Shown: piece by piece, positions 58,688-64,000 of the stretch
How positions within the stretch are numbered: position 1 is the first letter of the stretch
How the letters are laid out: each line of letters opens with the position of its first letter
Assembly (NCBI RefSeq): GCF_018350175.1
Contig: NC_058383.1
Coordinates: 35,588,001-35,652,000, forward strand
Direction: 5' to 3'
DNA from: Felis catus
Lineage: Eukaryota
Length of the DNA stretch: 64,000 bases
Translations under genes and position numbers: made by a program
Notes under the pieces: model-generated
What the model was told of the DNA's origin: nothing
The model's database searches: none
Seen by the model: only the letters and a program-made list of their open reading frames with translations

Positions 58688-59968
58688 CTGAAAGGAAAGA
58701 AATGAAGAATCTTGCATTGGCCAAGCAATTGTTTGAAATGCCTAAGCTTTTCTTTATGGAAGTTTTTAAATGCAGTCACTTTTGATTTAGTGCAGAATTA
58801 TAACCAACTAGCAGCTACAGGCATTTTAAGCTGCTAGAGTTNNNNNNNNNNNNNNNNNNNNNNNNNNNNNNNNNNNNNNNNNNNNNNNNNNNNNNNNNNN
58901 NNNNNNNNNNNNNNNNNNNNNNNNNNNNNNNNNNNNNNNNNNNNNNNNNNNNNNNNNNNNNNNNNNNNNNNNNNNNNNNNNTAAAACTAAACACTCCAAA
59001 ACATGGGCACAGCGAACTCTATTTCTAAAGGTTTTGTAAGTTAGGCAATCCAAGGAAGTTACATGAAAAAAGTCTCCTTTGAGATATAAAAGTGTTCATA
59101 TCTGAACAAGAATGTACTGGTAGCAAAAGGGAATACAGTATAATATTTGATGAAGAGAAGTAATTATCATTTATGAATGAGGAAGCTCAATGTTTTCCTA
59201 AATTACTCAAATTAAACCTCAAATAAATATTTGAAGCTCTCCATCTAATTCAGATACAATGAAACACTGAATCTCATTACCTTTGGATTTACATCGACTC
59301 TAATTTCAAAGATAATATTTATTTCAGGAAGGACTAAAAAGCATTTTTCACTAGGAGGAAAATGGGTTGAAGTTTCAATATAAAACAATACTCGTTAAAA
59401 ATATTATTTTTAAAAAGGTGACATTCTAAAACTTTTTTCCAAAGGAAATCTCTAAGAACAAGTCCTGGATATTTCACCTAGCTCAGAGATAAAAAAATAT
59501 GTTTGGTGTAAATATCAATTGTTCAATTAAATTATCATTATGTGCCTATAGTGGCAGTATGTATTAATATTGTATACTTCACTTCTAGCTGACCTATTAT
59601 ATAAACTAGATGATGTTATTCACTTTACAAAATAATTCCCCACTCTACAAAATACTCAGAATAAGATTTCATTTAATAATGAGTTCCCCAGTGCATTCTA
59701 CCTATAATTTAATTCAATTTTCATAGTTTTCTAGATACAACAATTGCCTCAAGCAAGGTAGACTTCTTTGTCAATTTATGTGCACATACAGTAAAAAATC
59801 AGATGAGTATGTGTAAGTCTGGACATGTTTTGAAAAGCTTATGCAATGTGATTCTCAAAAGAATCATCAGTTGGTCACTATTTTCACCACATCCAATCTC
59901 CTCCCATCATGTAGAGATGTTGACCCTGAAGCCCCCTTAGATTTCAAGCAGGGAAAACAAATAAAATT

Positions 59969-59991
59969 AAACAAACAAACAAACAAACAAA
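59969..59991. repeat. (AAAC)n microsatellite
   Basis: Seen directly. Confidence 0.85.
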
Positions 59992-60284
59992 GTAGAACAT
60001 TACAATGAAAGACATCAAAGGCATGTTATTTATCTTTGCTACAAGATGTAGAGGGAAGATTCATGGCTATTGAACTGCATTTCCCAACATAATCCACAGT
60101 CATTAATTTATTTAACAAACGGTTTTTAAGTGCTAACTATATATGAACACTGTGACAGTCTTTTACCAGGATATTCTCCCTGAAGAGAGATAGGGGAAAA
60201 AAAGAGAAGATTCCAAGGAACAATACATTTAGAGGGCACATCAATCCATATCCCATTCTTGGAGATTCATAACAGGTGCCGTGC

Positions 60285-60425
60285 TCTCTTTAAGGGCTCT
60301 GAGAAATTTTGCAGTAAAGAAACTTACTTAATCCAACAGTTTCTAAGTATGTTTGATTATGCCACTTTATTTTTTTAAAATAATACTCAATATCCATTAG
60401 GACAAGGGTTTTCTGAGATATTGAT
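60285..60425 (+). mobile_element. MER5-family hAT-Charlie remnant
   Basis: TTAAGGGCTCTGAGAAATTTTGCAGTAAAGAAAC. Confidence 0.55.
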
Positions 60426-61514
60426 CATCTAAAAATTATGGTATTTTCTTTATACTCATTAAAAGTCTGACCGATTTAATAGATTTAATTTCATACAGCT
60501 TTTGTAATGCCTAGATACTGGTTTTTGTTCCCTCCACCAAATACTTCTACCTGTAACAACACCTGTCCTTTCATCTGTGAAGCATCACCCCCTGCCCCCA
60601 AACAACTTTTGATTACAACTCTTCAATCTTGCTCTCAAGGAGTGCTTTCTTTCTCACTCTGCCTTGTGGTATCCAGTGTGCCAGGGGTAGGGACACAGAC
60701 CAGGTCTGTTCAATCACTGCATTCAACCACAGTGAATGACACAGGGGAAAGTCCATGCCCCAAACTGGTCAAAAGAGAGGCAACTCTAGAAGTCCATTTT
60801 TTATCATTGTTACCCTTGTAGTTGCTGGGAGAATACGAATGGAGCCTGTGGCCCCTGATGGCCATCATGCTACTCTGTGGAAAGAACAGCCATTATAAAG
60901 CTAATGCACTGAAAAAAGAGGCAAATAAATGGTATGAGAGTCTATGTTTCTGCATCTTGGTTGGTAATGAGGACCGTGATGAACAAAATATCCAAGAAAA
61001 TATGGGGATGTAACTAAAATATTTTGGAATTTCCTTGGGCAAGGTATTCTTTGATAACATTTCCCATTCATAGCCAAAATAATTTTTTCATGTGATGAGA
61101 GAGATCAGCTCCCTCTTCTTCTCTCTATAATGGAATTTGGATGAGAACTGTGGATATAATCTACATAATTAATCTGTGCCAACTCCAAATGGTGGATAAT
61201 CTCTTAAATTTTTGTCAAGATAAATAGGATAGAAAATTGATTCACATCCCAGTCTCTGCTCTAATTTAACAGACATTGGAGACTTGTACAATGGACAGAA
61301 TATTGACAATATGATATAATAGCAGCCAAAAAGGGATTATTTAATAGGGGCAAAAAAAACTCAACAGATGGTAGATGTATCGTGATCCTCTATAAGAGAT
61401 GAAATTCTTCTCTGAGTCTGGAAATCAAATTATGGAAGTTTGCTTAAAATATTTCAGCTTCTTACTAGTGACATAAACATGTTGATAATACAAAAGAAAG
61501 TCAAACTTCACGTA

Positions 61515-61705
61515 AAGTAACCTAGAAGGTTGACTCAATTTTCTCATCTGTAAACTGGGAAAAAGAACAGTGCCCTCTCCATATGGATGAACTGTAAGCA
61601 AGATAATCCACACAAAAGAACTATCATAATGTCCAGGCACAGTGTCAACACTACATAACTGTTAGATGATGGTGCTGGTGGTGGTGGTGATTATGGGGAT
61701 GATGT
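61515..61705 (+). mobile_element. MIR SINE with GAT/GGT-type tail
   Basis: CTCAATTTTCTCATCTGTAAACTGGGA...AGATAAT...CCAGGCACAG. Confidence 0.7.
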
Positions 61706-61799
61706 TTAGGACAATGATCCTAACATGACAACTTTGACAATGACGACTGCTTGATGATGCTAACAATGTTGGTGTTGGAGGTGACTTTGAATGGGTAAG

Positions 61800-62180
61800 A
61801 GAGAGAAATTACTCTGACTTGGGGATAGGTGGCATTTCGACTAGGTGTCCGGGGAAGTGCATTCAAACAGAAGAAGGGATAGGAGGAAAGGAGCTCGGAT
61901 GTGAAGCATGTGTTGGGGCATGGACAGGAAATAATTTTCCAGTCTTGCTAGAGTGTAGGCATATAAATGGCTTAAGTGGAAGATAACTCTAGAGAGGAAT
62001 ACAGGAGGTCAAACCACACTGTTTCTTTACCTTATTAGGCCATGTAGTCACTGAGAGGAGTTAAGCATTCCAGGGCATTAGGAAGAATAATCTACCAGTG
62101 ATGAGTAGGACGGACTGAAACGGGAGTAAGGTATCAGTTAGCAAACGACTTAAATAATGCAGGTATGAAGGAAGGAGGGC
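61800..62180 (-). mobile_element. L2 LINE fragment
   Basis: Purine-rich antisense L2-like blocks (GAAGGGATAGGAGGAAAGG...ATTAGGCCATGTAGTCACTGAGAGG). Confidence 0.5.
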
Positions 62181-62284
62181 TGAAACACCGATAAAGTGAG
62201 GGAAAACCACATCAGCTCTGTAACGTTAGAAAGACTTGAATTCAAACCACAGCTCAGATATCTACTGAACCAAACATAGGTCAC

Positions 62285-62804
62285 TGTAATCGTTTCCCAT
62301 TGTGGCTACAACATGTCACCACCAACACAGTAGCTTAAAATACTTACAAATTTATTATCTTACAGTTCTCCTGATTATAAACCTGGCATTTAGCTAGCTA
62401 GACTGAAATCAGGGTGTCTGCAGACATGGCTACATTCTTTTCTGGAGCCTGTTGGGGACAACCATTTCCTTGCTCTTTCCAACAACGAGAGGCTGCCAGC
62501 ATTCCTAGGACCTTGATTCCTTCCTCCAGCCTCAGAGCCAGAAAAGTTGCAACCCTCTGACACTTTTTCCATTGTCACATCTCCACTCTGGAGCATAGCA
62601 GGGGAAGATTCTCAGCCTGGAAGAACTCTTTTGATTATATGGGATCCACCCAGAAAATCCAGGATAATGTCTCCAGCCCAAGGTCCTTAATTTAACCACA
62701 TCTACAAAGTCCCCTTCAACATGTAAAGCAAAATAATCACAGGTTCCAGGGATAAGGATATGGACACTGTGGTGGGGAAGGATGGCATTATTCTGCCTGC
62801 CACT
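62285..62804 (-). mobile_element. MaLR solo LTR (MLT1D-like), near full length
   Basis: AAATTTATTATCTTACAGTTCT; CCACCCAGAAAATCCAGGATAATGTCTC; CACATCTACAAAGTCCCCTT; GGTTCCAGGGATAAGGATATGGACA. Confidence 0.88.
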
Positions 62805-64000
62805 CTCTTTTCACATTTAGGCACTTAGTTCACCTTGGATCTTACGGACACATATTCTGAATCCCTAGGGATAATATGAAGATGATGTGAAATGTTATGT
62901 ATATTGTACATACTGTGATACCCGCTACATGGCATTTGCTTGGACACTTGAGTGGCAGCCCCCTCCCCCAACAAACACACCATGGAACATGGATGCCACA
63001 GGTACCAGGGAAGTAGCATCAACAGGTCTTGAAAGTGACAGGTTTGGATTTGAGGACTAGTGAAGATGGAAAAGTAAAGACAGAAATGCAGAGTGACAGC
63101 AGAATAAGCAATTTAGAAATTAAGAAATCAGCCACATTTATTACGGGCTTAAAGTTCCCCCATGTCTCTTCCCTCCATGCCCAGCACACATACAGTTGTT
63201 CTGAAAACCACAGGAACAGTTTCATAGGGACAGGAAATCATCTCCTGATGTGAGTGACATCTAGCTCCCACACAGCTAATAGCAGACTCTTTTTGATACA
63301 AAAGACATAATTGGGAGATTTCTTTCCAGAACTCTGTTATTCCCTTTTACTTTTCCCAACATACATCAAGGCAAAGTGACATCTTCATGTTAACAATCAG
63401 AATGAACATGATGTAACAGAATAGCAAGATGAATGAGTGTCGCATCAGCTGGTACTTGTTTCCACCCGACAAATATGAAAACATTTGCTTCATGATGATC
63501 CCCAACCAACCTCATCACAGGTTGACAGATTTAGCCGGAGGTGAAAATGAAAACCCAGCCCTGCCAATTCCACTGATTATGTTTCAGAGGCCAAAGGGGG
63601 AGGAATTCAGTAATGTGAATTTATAAGGAAGAAAAAGGATGTCCTCAAGACAGTACATTTCTTGGCTCATGGTACTTCTAAAGTCAAGAAAAACAAATTT
63701 GAAATATCTTCGTGTTAGAAATAACTCTTTTGGTCAACCCATTTCTTACTGGACTATAACCGGTTAAAAGGTTTATGGTTTCCAACCAATTAGCCAATGA
63801 ATCTCTGCCTGGTCTTGCTTCATAATAACACGTACGGTCATCTTAGTATCCTCTTAATGTGATTATAATTTTGGAATGATGATTTTTTTGAAGTTTTATC
63901 TGTCTTTCACTTATATACCATTTTTAAAACAAATACATCTTGTTTTCCAAGTTAAATTGTCTTACCAGGCAGTATCATTCTATATTTTAAATCTCTCTAG

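Noticed and set aside
16251-59053. ORFs containing long X runs
   Set aside because: They only stay open by reading through assembly gaps.
1-64000. CRISPR array, prokaryotic or viral system, numt, snRNA/Y-RNA/7SK copy, processed pseudogene
   Set aside because: No regularly spaced repeats, no gene-dense segment and no recognisable RNA or mRNA-derived sequence with poly(A)/TSD other than TEs.
1-64000. Assigning a host gene symbol
   Set aside because: No exon or peptide matches a protein I can recognise; naming one would be a guess.

Overview
This is mammalian nuclear DNA from a feliform carnivore, almost certainly a felid. The evidence is about 14 tRNA-derived Can-SINE (SINEC_Fc-type) copies and a cat-lineage L1 3' end. 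The window is AT-rich and comes from a gapped short-read assembly (8 N-runs of 128-284 nt). It is dominated by interspersed repeats of many ages: SINEC, L1_Fc, old L1M/L1MA/MB/MC/ME, L2, MIR, MaLR (MLT1) and ERVL (LTR16/LTR33-like) solo LTRs, and hAT-Charlie MITEs (MER3, MER33, MER20, MER5). I recognise no protein-coding gene, tRNA/rRNA/snRNA gene, CRISPR array, numt or processed pseudogene. Most entries in the ORF track are repeat-derived, N-spanning or chance ORFs. The window reads as a large intron or intergenic interval. The best non-repeat signals are: a TATA/CCAAT/GC-box promoter with a GA-rich leader (~11.3-11.6 kb) inside a TE-poor block; a CpG-retaining E-box/GAS/ETS motif cluster (~9.1-9.45 kb); an exon-like block with a TGA-interrupted frame (~12.5-12.7 kb); HOX-PBX-MEIS-type enhancer candidates (~48 and ~50 kb); and several well-formed small exon candidates, including a 12-nt microexon. 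All of these are hypotheses. I found no evidence of a genuinely new biological system. Repeat subfamily names are from recalled consensus sequences, not a database search, and boundaries of old repeats are approximate.
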